Shown piece by piece: positions 16,101 through 30,801 of a stretch of DNA of 64,000 nt. The stretch's first letter is position 1. The number at the start of each line of letters is the position of its first letter. The translations under genes and the position numbers were made by a program. This DNA is from Syncephalis fuscata S228 (lineage: Eukaryota > Fungi > Zoopagomycota). Location of the stretch: contig JAHLTZ010000015.1 in assembly GCA_025786725.1 (NCBI GenBank), positions 310,001 to 374,000 of the forward strand, written 5' to 3'. Below the pieces are notes generated by a model. It was given only the letters and a program-made list of their open reading frames with translations, did no database searches and had not been told where the DNA came from.

Positions 16101-17703
16101 TTTTGCCACACACGTCTTTCTATTTCTTTGTTCTTATGCGTGTTAACGCACCGCCAACTCTTAACTAACTAGCCAACTAACCAGCCGTTATAACATACGC
16201 CATTTATTTAGGTAAGTTGGGCTTTTGAATATGCATTACAGGTGATGAGGAGTATGTAGTATTGCCATAAAGTAGAAGACGCGACTATCATTTGTAACAA
16301 TGTTGTGGATAGTGCTTGGCTGGTTATCGCCGCCATATTCTATATCGTAACCGGTCAAATGGTATCAAATCTATTGTTTCAATTGATTGTATTCGGTGTA
16401 TGCACTTTTGTAGCAATAATTATACTACCGGATATAATAAATTGAAACATTGTTGGTCAATACAACTTGACCGGTTATCACCGCCACTATTGAATATACA
16501 TAACCGGTCATAGCCATCGGTAATTAAGATGTATTGGATGGTGGTTGGTTGGTTGTGTATGTGCGTGTATGTACGTGTGTATGCTCGTTATTCCCTCTCT
16601 CTCTCTATCTCTCTATCTCGTTGTATACAATTGATATTCCTCATTTGTCCCACCGTTATTGCTTCATTCACACACCCACGCCGCATTTACAGAAATGTAG
16701 CATTGTAGGATTCATACGGCATTTCTATTTCCACACTTAGGTTCCCACCCCTGCTCACACACCCACACTATTAAAAATCAGCCGATAGCCAAGAATACAG
16801 GCACATACATATCCTCTTTCATTTGCTCCTTCTTTCTAAACAACACCACCAATAGCTATAACTACTATTATTACCGCCTCTTCCTCTTTCGCTCGTAACC
16901 AACCACAGTATTACTATTACTTTCTAGTATTATTATTACTACCATCCTGTGCTTGCTTTCCTTTGGCTGCCACGTACCTCTTTGTCATCTTCGTTTTATA
17001 CGTTTATTGTCATCATCTTGTGTTTGTGCCTATTGCACCATATACGCCTAGTCTACGTCCAGTTTATTCTTTTAAGCTCATCGCTTATCTGAAATACGCC
17101 AACCAGCACTTGTTGCATTTATCGCCGTTATAGCGTCTGGACGCCTTGGCATTTTAGCGCTGTATTTGACGCTTACTGTCATTGTGTACGTGTATAGAGT
17201 ATAAGATTGGAGTGGAGTGTATGCATACAGAATATAGTATCAAAGTGTATGCGAATAGAGTATAGAATTGGTGTATGTGCGCATATATTGATGGTTTACA
17301 GCTAATAATACGGCATATATTGTAAAAGAAGTGTAGTAACTAACGTTATCTTTATTGTTTTATTTCTATTATAGTGAGGTTGGACCAATAGTGTGATAGC
17401 AGTAGACTAGTAATACTTGTCGTGTGTAGCAGTAATAGCATCATTACTACTGCTGCCACTACTAATACTGCTATTATAGTATTACAGACGCTTGTTGATT
17501 GCGACGCTTCTCTTTCTATCTATTTTCTTTCTCTACTCATCGTCGTCACTGCTTGACACGCTTTGAGTGTACGACGCACGTACGCACGAACGCAACGCTA
17601 TTTCGTGATTGAAAGAACGGCTGTTCTATCCATCTTCCTTCTATTCACTCTTATTTTTGATTTATAGCTTATACGCTTATTGTTTACGGACCCACGAGTC
17701 AAC

Positions 17704-19251
17704 ATGAGCGGCCCTCATACGCCAGTGAGCGCCTCTACGCCTGTCTCGGACGATATCAAGGCACGTCTCGAAAACTTGACGCTTGAAGAGTTTCCGAGCA
17801 CGCCTACGTCTCTTACCAGCAATGGTCACGTACAATCCCATGCGCTGCACTCTTTCCAGTCGCCGACGCACCATGCCTTTTCGTCTAACAGTTCAGCATC
17901 CACGCCTACGCATGCTACATCGTCTGCACAAAACGGATCGGCATCGTCCAGCTTTTACGCTACTGCTGCGACGTTGGTGACGACCACCTCGTCCAGCGCC
18001 GAACTCGAGGAAAACGTTATTACATCCTCATCATCGGTTATGATGACCACAAGCGGTGCGCCGTTGGATTTAAACGACTTTGACGATAACTCGCCAGTGA
18101 CGTCTAGCCGTTTGAGCAGCAGCAATAAGCCGTCGATTTCCGATTTGCCATCGCTCAACTCGTCGAGTTCGTTATCTGACATTATTCCAACGGCCATCGT
18201 GATTAAGAATATTCCATTTGCTATGAAACGCGATCAGCTGATCGCATTGTTGGACGAACTGTGTGTACCACAACCTTATGCACTCAATTATCATTTTGAA
18301 AATGGCGCGTTCCGTGGATTGGCGTTTGCTAATTTCCGCAACAGCCAAGAGGCCGATCTTGTTGTTACCCGGCTCGATAGCCACGAGTACATGGGCCGCA
18401 AGATTAAGGTCGAATACAAGAAGGTCCTCCCACCAGAGGAAGCCGCCCGCAAAGAAGCTGAACGTCGTGCATCAATTGCCGCACTTAATGACCGTGTCAT
18501 GGAATTCGATCTAAACGACCCGGCCACCCGCCAACTTTACGATAAAATGGTCGCATTCCGTGACGATAAACTGCGAAATGAACTTATTTTCGCCAAGTCA
18601 ATCACCGGTCCTGAACGCAAGCTAGTGCGTGCTATTGGCCAGAAGCTCGGCTTCTTCTACCGTACCGAAGATAACGGCGAGGAACGTTTCTTTAAGGTGA
18701 CCCGCCGACCATCAGTCAGCGTTAATAAGGTCAATCTAAAGGAAATGGAGCTGGACCGTATGCCACGTAAATACTCACTCACCCACCAGCAATCACGCCC
18801 AGATATTTCACAGATACTCGGCGGCGCATCTTTGCCCGGCAGCGTGGCTGGTCCGGCTGCCGAACGTCTTATGACTCGTACAACACGCTCACTCTCACTG
18901 AGCGCCCGTGATCAGCCGCCATTTGCCCGGTCGGCCGTTTTCCGCAAGAACTCGTTTGTGTCGCAAGCACCGCCACCTGGCTTTAACGCACTTCGCCAGC
19001 CCAAGGGACCAGATGCGGGCTCAAACTTCCAAAACACGGTGGGCCGCAAGCCTAGTTTGAATCCAGGTGCCTTGCCATTCGATGCTGCACAAGTTGAAGC
19101 TGCACTTGCTCGTAAGCGTGAAGCGCATCCATTAGACATTGTGGATCCAGTTACTCGCTCCGCAGTCCATCCAAGTGCCGCTCCCAATCTTGCGGGCGAT
19201 ACGACAACTGGTGCCGGTCTAGGCTCTCCCGTGCACACAACGAGCGGTTAA
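17704..19251 (+). CDS. PIN4: RRM + R3H RNA-binding protein, Pin4/Cip2 family
   Basis: IPTAIVIKNIPF...PYALNYHFENGAFRGLAFANF...GRKIKVEYKKVLP followed by an R3H-like segment (ERKLVRAIGQKLG). First ATG at 17704. Confidence 0.88.
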   Translation: MSGPHTPVSASTPVSDDIKARLENLTLEEFPSTPTSLTSNGHVQSHALHSFQSPTHHAFSSNSSASTPTHATSSAQNGSASSSFYATAATLVTTTSSSAELEENVITSSSSVMMTTSGAPLDLNDFDDNSPVTSSRLSSSNKPSISDLPSLNSSSSLSDIIPTAIVIKNIPFAMKRDQLIALLDELCVPQPYALNYHFENGAFRGLAFANFRNSQEADLVVTRLDSHEYMGRKIKVEYKKVLPPEEAARKEAERRASIAALNDRVMEFDLNDPATRQLYDKMVAFRDDKLRNELIFAKSITGPERKLVRAIGQKLGFFYRTEDNGEERFFKVTRRPSVSVNKVNLKEMELDRMPRKYSLTHQQSRPDISQILGGASLPGSVAGPAAERLMTRTTRSLSLSARDQPPFARSAVFRKNSFVSQAPPPGFNALRQPKGPDAGSNFQNTVGRKPSLNPGALPFDAAQVEAALARKREAHPLDIVDPVTRSAVHPSAAPNLAGDTTTGAGLGSPVHTTSG

Positions 19252-19799
19252 ACTACCATTGTATAGCGCGTTTAAAGTATATAACAATGAAGCATTACAG
19301 AATTGAACTTTACAGACAAATAGACGCATGTTAACCATGCATTTCTAGTCTATACACGTGTGATATGACTTTGTTTTATTTTCAATGTGTCTTTAATATA
19401 TTACTTTCATTTATTATGCTTTAGTTTACATAATCAGTTAGTTTTTAAATACTAAACAAATGTTTTATCCAATATATACAAATACTTTTTATTATTTATA
19501 CAATTTATATTATATGTATTAAATAGTAAAATAGTGTTTATTTTTAACATTTAATGTACTATCATCAATGTTGATCTTTATAATAATAATAAACTAGTGG
19601 CAAGTTTGTTATGTTATTTATTTATTAACATTAGTGTAAATATGAATATAAACAAATATAAAATAGAATGACCTGATCATCGTCATTACTATTTAACACG
19701 ATCTGTTGTCATTCATTGGCTTATTTGCTTGCCAGGTCTATCCTATTTCTACTTGATTATTAAGGCATCAATTAGTATTTATTGGTTCTCAGAGCTATT

Positions 19800-21268
19800 G
19801 TATTTTGGCTCTTACATTTTTATTACTCATTTCACTTCCTTTTTCTTAACACTTTAAATACAATTAAACATTATCCATCACTATTTTATGTATAATATTG
19901 CATTCAACATTGACTAATTCATGTGTAATTATCAGTACAATAATGTAATTAATTAGTTATCTTTATTATTGCTTTGATATATATATTGTCATTATGATAT
20001 TAATTGTTCAAAATGCCATTTATTTAGTCAGATTGACTATAGAAGTGACTGTTTAATAACAATATTATAAAATTTATTAATATTGATCTTACATCACAAA
20101 TATGCCCAAAATGCAATAGTAAAATATTAGAAAATAGAAAAGGCTATTCAAACGCAAGAAACCACGCTATACGTATTAACAACAATAACAACTGCGAACG
20201 ATATGGAATTGCGATTATATGGCTTCTATAACATTCAACCAATCTTTCTACACATGGCCAACAACAATAATAATCGACTTAAATTTCAAAAAATCAAATA
20301 GTATGTTGCATTATGTATTTAAATTAATTTATTAACTGCATTTTAATAGGAAGTAATACAATTATGTTTTGTTGTGCATAACAGTGCGACTTCAATTGGA
20401 ATAAATTTTGCGTTGGGAATTCATAATGTGGAGGTCATACTGTTATATATAACATAGGTATATCACTTCCTATTAAAATACTATTAATAAATTGATTTAA
20501 ATAAACGATGTAACATACTATTTGATTTGTTTGAATATTTAAGGCTGCTTATTATTGTTGTTGGCCATGTGTAGAAAATTGATTGAATATTGATAGAAGC
20601 CATATAATCGATTCCATGTCATTCCGCAGTTGTTATTGTTGCGCTAATATATACATGCTATGTATTATTCCATTTTTAGCTTTTAACTTTTAGTACTTGT
20701 TAATTAAGTTGAATATATTCATAGAACAATGTCAACAGTAAAACAATGAGTGTAATAAGAATGACAAACAACAAACAATAAAGACAAATATATTCATAGA
20801 ACAATGTCATCAGCAAAATAAGAAGGATGGATATCAATGCATAAGCAAATGTCATTATCCTAGAACATGATATTATAATTGACAGCTAAACTTTTAAGCA
20901 TTAGATTCAGATATGGGCAACAGTGTTTATTGAATGTTAAATAAAATACTTGTAAACATATCTATTTTAAACTACGTCTTGTATATATATATAATTAATA
21001 ATGATCCATTGAACGAGAAAGAAAACGAGTTGGCAAAAAAGACTAGTATAAATGGGTATACCCAACATATCACCTGAGTAAAATAAATGTTTAAAATAGT
21101 AGCTACCAATACAATGCTCTGTTACATTCAATCAATTTTATTTTATGAAAATAATAATGATATATGTTAATATTTACTGTGAATGATCATTTAAACACAA
21201 ATCAATTAATTGAATTATTATGGTCAATTGCGTAAAAAGATTTACTGATCTGGGGGTTAAAGTAAATC
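19800..21268 (-). mobile_element. Degenerate copy of an AT-rich dispersed repeat family, with an internal inverted duplication
   Basis: 21080-21268 matches 47173-47365 in reverse complement. 20050-20335 matches 47365-47625, 38240-38462 and 42290-42503 in reverse complement. 20180-20335 and 20484-20640 are inverted copies. The left boundary is approximate. Confidence 0.7.
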
Positions 21269-21374
21269 TTCTCTATTCTCTTTTGTTAGCTAAACTTTCT
21301 TCTCTGCTTCTTACTTGTATCTGTTTGTTATTGCACTTGGACTAGTCTTAGTATAGTATTGTCAACTATACACT

Positions 21375-22645
<1,271 letters not shown>

Positions 22646-22860
22646 ATGTCTACATGGCGATAATTAAAACAAATAAACAGCCAGTTTATACTGAACGTGA
22701 TTAATAATAGTAAATGTAACAAATTGTATTATTGTTATTGTTATTATTGTTATTAAATGCTACGTTGGTCTATCCCACATCCAAGAAGTAACACCAACAC
22801 ATTTTAAAAGATGGAGCAATGAACCGCAATTTAAACAAATAAAAATAGAGTGAATGATAA

Positions 22861-23328
22861 CTATGCAGTAGAAGCAATACTCGCTTCTTGTTCCGGCAAC
22901 GATAAACCAACACGCTTTGCTGAAGCTGTGATACGATCACTTTGTGACATTTCTGGTGGATAATAAGCCAGCATTAATTCCTGTTATAGTATAGTCAATT
23001 AGTTAATTAGTCAATTAGCTCTGCCAATCAATATGTCATTACCTGATATCGACGACGACTATGCAGAAAAGCAAGTACGTTCTCAGCATCAACCCGAACA
23101 CTATTTAGCCTTGTGGTATCCTGTTCCATACTATATTGTCGGAATCGATCTCGTATTTCATTACGCCATAGGTTATTGTGATTAACTGTAGTAAACTATA
23201 GACGTCATATTAATCATTATGGCTATGTCATGCTACACACTTACCTGTTGGTCTACCTCGCGTAATAGACGGCGATATATGCCACGGGTGGACAATGCCC
23301 GAAAGTTTACCACAGCCGTAGACGACAT
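22861..23328 (-). CDS. FMC1: Mitochondrial ATP synthase assembly factor FMC1-like (LYR family), three exons, absent from the ORF track
   Basis: Spliced product MSSTAVVNF...IYRRLLREVDQQ/FTTVNHNNLWRNEIRDRFR...FLHSRRRYQ/ELMLAYYP...SAKRVGLSLP. Confidence 0.75.
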
Positions 23329-23546
23329 ACTTGCAAATGTTTAAGATTCAATAGATAGTGTTGTTGAAGAGAAGGAATAAAGAATAGACAAAAAGAAAAG
23401 AGCGTGAAAATCGTATAGCCACTTCCGCTTTCTTTCTTCTCGCTCAACTGTATCACTTATGCTTTGTCGCCACTTGTAGATATAGTATACAATAGTCAGC
23501 TTTGTCGTATAATATCCGTAGCAGATACAGGCTTGTTTAACTGATT

Positions 23547-24841
23547 ATGGACCCGTTTGAAGCGCGTCTTACTTTTCTCGACTTGTTGGGTCGACTTACC
23601 GCGTCGCAACAAACGATTCAACGAGCAGCACAATTTGCTTTAAATGAAGAAGAATTATGCGAGGATTTATATAGCTGTGTTCTTGAAGAGCTTGACCAGG
23701 TAACGGCAATAAACTATTGCTTATTTAACATATATATTGGATATGTTGAGTAATAATCTACGATATACGTATAATGATATAGGCATCCATTAATGCCCGT
23801 GTCAATCTATTATATACACTCGATGCACTGGCCCAACCTGCCCTTCGAGGTGGATTTCCCGGCTATCGCGATCAATTGCGTCTAGATCTAGTACGAGTAA
23901 TGCGTGCTGTTGTGCCTGAAGGACAGTTAGGCGCTGTTAATTTATCACAAACTCGCAAGGTATACTAATAATAATAACGCCCATTAATAATAACGTATTT
24001 TACTAATAATAATTATGATTAGGTGTTAGAAACGTGGAGAAAGAAACAATTATTTAAAAATGAAGATATAGAGGCGGCCGAACAGGTTCTTGGTGATCGA
24101 CTTGAACTTCATGGGTAATTTAATAGAATTATTGTGGTATAAATTATACTTATATAGTCATTTTTATTATAGTGGAAATACAAGTGGCAGTGAAAATACA
24201 AGATCCATTGAGCCAGATACAACATCAAAAGCAAATCTATCAACCAATGACACTACACAGCCACAAAAATGGATGTTAAGTAAAGACGAAATTTCACGTC
24301 GAATGGAAGAAGATCGTGAACGAGTAAGTTAATATTTATAGCTGTAATGTGAATAACCAATGCTATGTAGCATAAACGGACAAGAGAAGAAGCATGGCTA
24401 CGAAATACAACAGATGGAACAGTAACACGTAGTGATCCAGCCATTCTACCAATTGAACTTGATACGGAATTTGCTCTATTATGGCAATCAAGTACCGATG
24501 ATGTAACCACTAGTAATGGACATAGTAGTGTAGGCGATGATAGGCTGCCTGTGCTATCGGAACAGGATATTCTAGATGACAATAAGCAGTATTTACCGGA
24601 TTATGACTGGCGATGGACACAACAGGAAAGTTGGCGTAATTGGTGGTCCGACGAGGAGGATAACTTTCTAAATGACGATAGTACAAGTAGTAGTGCTATG
24701 TCTATAGCAGATACTCAGCATCCATATACAACATTATATTCAAATAACTCTAATACATTAGGGGTGCATGATAAAAGCAATCAGTATCATTTATTTGCAG
24801 AAAATGAATCGATTAAAGATTCATATACTACTACATCTTAG
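23547..24841 (+). CDS. CTK3: CTD kinase I gamma subunit
   Basis: MDPFEARLTF...EDLYSCVLEEL/ASINARVNLLY and EISRRMEEDRER/HKRTREEAW. Confidence 0.88.
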
Positions 24842-25144
24842 AAAAATAAACACATTAACAACGATTGTAGTAATAAACAGCGATAACAGCAAGTCACGTG
24901 TCTCTTGTTCGAGTCGCCTTTCATCGTGCAGATGCTTCACTCTCACTCGCTCATTCTATCAAAGCTCCTCCTTCTCTTTCTATAAATCATTAGTTATAAA
25001 ATCTTCGATAGTTGAGGTGTGCACGTATCTGTTTAATAGTGTGTGTTGAAACACTGGATTCAATTAACTGGCAGGAACAAGTACTTGAAAGTAGTTTAGT
25101 TCGCATTCGCTTGCCATCTGAACGTGTTAAGAGCATCGCGTACG

Positions 25145-26593
25145 ATGACGACTCGTAGTCGAACACTACTCTTTCTACAGTATAGGTCGTCCTATACACG
25201 TAGTCATCTATCTCGGCCACCTGCTGGAGTGACAGACTTTGCAGAGAGAGCCGGATTAATACAAAATGCCGCTGAAGTAGACGGCCAACTGGAGAGTGGT
25301 AGCACAGTTATTGAGATGTCGGTTCTACCACCCCAATGGTAAGTAATAATGTTTATGTAGAACATTAATAGCTAAACAGAATTGTTAACTACTGCAATAT
25401 AATAATAGGGTAGATACAATGGAGGAGGTAGATTATTGATAATGTGTATTATTTGAGTTAATTAATTCGCGTATTATTAATTAGATTGATGAAGATATTA
25501 GTAAGTTACGGCAGTCAAGTAAGTAATCTAATTTAATTTAATTAATTAAGGCAATTAATTTAATTTAACAATAAATAATAATAATAGTTAAAAATCTGGA
25601 TGAGCTTCATCAAAAGCAATTATTACCGGGTTTGGATGACAATATACGATTTGAACGGGATATTGAACGACAACAGGCGGACATCACATCAGTAAGATAG
25701 GCAATCAAACAAATTGTTATAATGACTTAGACAATCGATAGCAATTCCGACAATGTCAACATAAAATTAAACAAATTGGTCGTAGAGGAGGTGCGTCAAA
25801 CGCCAGTGGTTTACCGGCAAACGAGGAGGAACGACTTGGAAAGAATGTACAGGCAGCACTGGCTACTCGGTTACAGGAACTATCTTCGATGTTTAGACGG
25901 AAACAATCCAACTTTTTACAAAGTAAATAAGCAATCAACATATTGGTAAAGCAATGAATAACACGTAATGATCTAGAATTAAAACAACGAGAGGCACGTA
26001 CCAAAGGATTATTATTTGAAAGTTCATTTTCGTCTAATCAACAAGATGATAGTGAAGAAGGTATAGTAAGTATGGTTTATATCATTTGGATCATTGTTAT
26101 AACTTAGTTGATGTAGGGCGCATTTACAAAAGAGCAATTAGCATTGGTGGAAGATAATGATACTGTTGTGACACAACGCGATCGAGAAATACAGGAAATC
26201 ACACGATCTATATCGGAATTGGCTGATATATTCCAGGATTTACAAACGATGGTTATTGATCAAGGAACACTATTAGATCGAATTGACTATAACATTGAAC
26301 AGGTGCATACTAGTACACGAGGAGCAGCTGAGGAATTAACAAAGGTAAAGAATTAATACTAATTAATACTAATTAATTAACTACTTGATTGATGATTTAT
26401 TATGGATTTAGGCGGAAAATTACCAAAACAAACGGGAAAAATCAAACTGATACTGCTACTTGTACTGATTATATTTGGATTAATTGTTGTATTAATCTTT
26501 AAGCCACGATCATCTGCAGCTATTGTTACCGAGCCACCAGTGGCGTCAGCACCGGTTGTTGTACCACCTGATCTAGAAACCGGCGTATCATAA
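25145..26593 (+). CDS. TLG2: Syntaxin Tlg2/STX16-type t-SNARE
   Basis: N-peptide MTTRSRTLLFLQYR, LPPQW, SNARE motif REIQEITRSISELADIFQDLQTMVIDQGTLLDRIDYNIE, and a C-terminal TM helix. Confidence 0.92.
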
Positions 26594-26763
26594 ACTATTC
26601 CGTATTTGCTAAAATAACGATGCTTAACATAACATATAGTTATCTATTTATATTTATGTATTATGTGAGCATTTTATTAGACGTATTTTTAGAGCGATAA
26701 AGCATATAATTTACTTCAATGATAGACAGTCGTAAAATGATAAAAATGATAATATTGTAATGT

Positions 26764-29008
26764 TTATTGCAGTGTGACAATGAGACGCAAAAGCTCAAGT
26801 TCCGCTCGACCTAGTCGATAAAGTGTTGCTCGTAATTCTTTGAGCATTGTGTGCTCGCTCTCCGATAATAGATTGGCATTCTCTTTGACGTCAATGCGTT
26901 CACTTTTAGCAATGAGTGCGGCTTGTTTCTCTCGTTCATTATGGCGTCGTTGGCGTAGATTGCCCAGTGTACGCAAAGCATTGCGCAACAATACGCGATA
27001 ACACTTTTCTATAGGTACATACCAAAGGAAGAATGTACGGGAGGGTGCACGGTCGATGCTTTTCGGTACTTCCTATTAATGAGTGTAAATGGACAGAGGA
27101 TGAAAAAGCGATTAATTGTATTAGTGGTTGATTAATAAAAATAAAAATAATTGTAATTTACTTGTAATTCGGCAAATCCATAAAGAGCTAGTGCTTGTAA
27201 TAGTTCTCGAGTATCTTTCATTGGTAACATGACAAGACGTGATACTTGTTTCTCGTCCATTTTACCGCGCGAGTACAATAGCTTAAGAATACGACAAGCA
27301 GCATTGCCAAAATGCTCGAGCGCCGTTGATTCAATAGCCTTGCGTTTCTGTAGTGCATTGACCCTATCAAATGGTAGATTGCGGGAATAAAAGTTAACAA
27401 TATACAAATTGTATTTATAGTATTTTATCGTTAATTGACTAAAGGATATCGATGGCATATTCACCGCCTCCGCGTGAATCTGTACGTATTAGTACACCGG
27501 ATACATCGGCGACCATAACATCGAGCAATTCGCTAATTAGCTCGTTTCGAGGACGGACCCGTCCACTATAATGATCATCAAATACAATGGACGATGCTAA
27601 ATCGACACTTGTTGGTATGTGATGTCCAATTTGCATTAATGATTTCGATTCTAAATGATATTATAGGCAAGTTGAGATGCTTTAGTATGACAACAACAAA
27701 TAACTTACTTGATCGCGAGTCTTTTAATGAATAAATATTCGGCTCAATTAATGTAAGCAGCGTATTGATTACGGCACCTGCTGCTCGATTAACACGTTCT
27801 ACAAAATAACGTACGATTTGCTGATTGATATATAATTCATTAGCATCTAGTATTCATTTCAATTAATACACCGCCTATTACCTGATTACGTAGACGAATG
27901 TTGAATCGCTCAAAATTAATACCAAAATAAATGTTTTCCTAAGTAATGATGAACTTGTGTTAAAATGCAATATACGGTCTATTTATCATTATTATCATTA
28001 TTATACCTCTACTTCAACATTGGATATACCATCACTATTTTGTTTCTATTAATTTAATTAGCAATTAATAAATCAAATCTACTAATTAATACTTACTTTG
28101 CTTTTTGGTTCATCAAATTCACTCATATCCGTTGGCAATTTACGTTTCTAAGTATTCAATTAATACTGGACATAAAGTCTAATACAATACGTACCAATCC
28201 AACAACATTGCCACTTCGCATCTCCTCCTCTTCTCGAAGATTGCGTTCCGACTGAACCTCTGCAACTTGTTTTGCAGTAGGTAAAGCACCAATCTTATCG
28301 AGCCGCTGCTCGTCAGCCATTACATCGCGATCGTATTTCGTCTGTGTATCCTCAATGCGCACAGCTACTAAAAACCGCTCGCTAACCAGTTTTGTAAAAC
28401 TAGCCGTTAGTGCGTTTTTCTCTATTGATCAATAAAACTAAGTTATTGCCGGTGTTACATGCTGCGCCAACTTACGGTCTAATTTTGGTCGAGGTCCAGC
28501 AATTTTACGAACGGTTTGCTGCATTGTAAGCATACCATTGGCAAGAATCCCTTTGACAATTGTACTGCTCTATATAACATAATCTTTTGATTAATACAGT
28601 TGATATACATACATACCCATGTATTAAGTTTAGCCTACCTCTGCTCCAAACCATTGTGAGGCATAATACGCCACCGTGCCTAGTTGCAAACGGTCAAACA
28701 ATGCAGCTGATCGCACGTGATAATAAGTGGTGGTTTGCCGCCCTCCACGATAGTGTAGTAGCAAGTAAGACGATGCTGAATGAGTACTACAAGCGCTTCC
28801 CGAACCTGGGCTGGCTCAAGCCCGGTGCCTCGTACGAGAAACGGCAGTGTTTGACGGCCACGTCGTTCCATATACGTCGCAACTTTCTGATCAGTACTTA
28901 CGGTTAGCTTACACAAGCGATTCACATGCAGCAAAGTACCCACCGAGACGATCGCTCCAAACTGCTCTCTAGAACGTCGCTCCATAGACGCACTTCATTG
29001 ATTGACAT
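26764..29008 (-). CDS. RPC82: RNA polymerase III subunit RPC3/RPC82
   Basis: EQFGAIVS..VATYMERRGRQTL, VREALVVLIQH, FGNAACRILKLL..RGKMDEKQV, EVPKSIDRAPSRTFFLWYV. Single-base deletions near 28968 and 28735. One AT-AC intron. Confidence 0.92.
27374..27449 (-). other. U12-type (minor) AT-AC intron in RPC82
   Basis: Minus strand reads ATCG|ATATCCTTT...TGTTAAC...CTAC|CATTTGAT. Removing it joins the two flanking ORFs in frame (GGGEYAIAFDRVNAL). Confidence 0.85.
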
Positions 29009-29300
29009 GGCAAAAAAAATAAATAAAAAATAGTGTTTATAATTTTTCTAAATAGACACACAAAGTGGTATTCTGAACACCTACACAAAAGTGGAAATGG
29101 CTTATGAAAGTTACAATTTGCTATTTCATTAAGAGTTAATATGCTTAATAATGCCTTTTAAGCAGATAAAGTTTATATTTATTAATTTACTTAGGTACAA
29201 AAATTATTCGTTAGAATTTATAGTCATCTATGTAGAAGTGTATATATATATATAAGCAGGTGAATTAACATTCTTGATGTTCATTGCCTGAATAATCTTT

Positions 29301-29951
29301 CTAATCGTCTGGATATAGATTGGATTCACGAATAAAATCGTTGTCGCCGTCATTTGATTCGAATGCTTTGTAGAATTCAAGTTCAGAATGCACTTGAAAT
29401 GGATGCGTCTGGTCTTCGCTAGGAGAACAGAGCGAGGGCACACGCGGGTGTTTACGACGGAATGAGCTATATGTACACGATGTACTTAGCACGCGAGACG
29501 CCTTTCTTTCAGCAGCATCGTCTAGATGGCATCTTGTCAGAACTGATTCACTTGATAAAGAGCGTGGTGCCATGCTAATCAAAGGAACTCGTTTTTGTTT
29601 CTCCAGCGAATGATAACGTCGAAGAACTGGAATTGCTTCGCTTTTAACTTCTTCTTCCGTTACTATATTACTATCGTCTAGAATATGCGATGCTGGCTCG
29701 CCAAAGGTGGCCGAACTTGTACGGCGTGAACGAGGTGTCTGGCAGACGGCGGCCTCTGGTAATACGTTTAAATTATCGATACCATTATAACCAAAGGTGC
29801 ATCGTCGTGTAAGCTGCTGCTCGGCACTTTTATATAAGTCCTGCCGTTGCTCACGTTTACTAATAGCAGAACTACTTCGAAGTGGAAACTCGGTCGCACT
29901 ACTAATCATATTATCATTTTCAGTGGTCATTTTTGGTGTGTTTATGTTCAT
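29301..29951 (-). CDS. Hypothetical single-exon protein, Ser/Arg-rich, no recognised domain
   Basis: Open frame of about 216 codons from the first ATG, with higher GC than its flanks. Confidence 0.55.
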   Translation of the reverse strand: MNINTPKMTTENDNMISSATEFPLRSSSAISKREQRQDLYKSAEQQLTRRCTFGYNGIDNLNVLPEAAVCQTPRSRRTSSATFGEPASHILDDSNIVTEEEVKSEAIPVLRRYHSLEKQKRVPLISMAPRSLSSESVLTRCHLDDAAERKASRVLSTSCTYSSFRRKHPRVPSLCSPSEDQTHPFQVHSELEFYKAFESNDGDNDFIRESNLYPDD

Positions 29952-30801
29952 GAAATACAAAGTGTCATATGTTATCGTCACAATAGAAGTGGCTAGAGAT
30001 TAATAATTATAGGTTTATCGCTAGCAAGAAGGTAATGGTTGATGTTGCAGATAGTTATAGTGCACAGTCCAAGTCGGTTGCACATGGGATATTTATAAGA
30101 CAAGTGTCGTGAGAATATAATTTATTGCATCGTCACTTCGTGGGAGTTAAAAATTTGCCGGTAACATACTACATTTTTGCCGTTATTATGACGATTCATG
30201 CTCGGCTAATCTTTATCATAATGCTATAAACCAAGAATGGAATACCATAAGCAACGACACCGGCAAGTTCAAAAAAAATAGAATATACCTTAGTCAACTA
30301 AAATATGCCAACTACAAAAAGCGTAATATTCAACATAGCAATGTTTCGCGTCCAGATGTATCTACTATCAGCAAATTCACACAAGTACTCGACTGTGGCT
30401 ATTATGATAATCGCGATAATCTAAATTGCAAAATGCAAATTTTTATCGTTATCTGTTATCTTCGAGTATGTATATAATGATAAAGCTCTAATAAAAACTA
30501 TGCATTGCAAAATTAATGATACGAGAAAAGCGTCAATTATAACAATATAGTGATATAAATTAAACTTTTGTTAAATTGTGTAAATCACATAGCTAATACT
30601 TTACCACTAATAACATTTTCTACATTGCTAACATATCTTTTGGCGTGAAATAATTTTATCAATTAATTGATTATTGTTTAAGTGCAAATAATCTTTACAA
30701 CACTTACTCGCATTGCTTAGTTTAGCTTCTTTACTAGTTACATCCATTATTTTATATATTAGTATTGTTGCTTGTATTTATGCTATTATACTCTAGTTTA
30801 A

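Noticed and set aside
13307-16740. Short ORFs in the track within the long intergenic region
   Set aside because: Low-complexity translations of CA/CT tracts, many with non-ATG starts.
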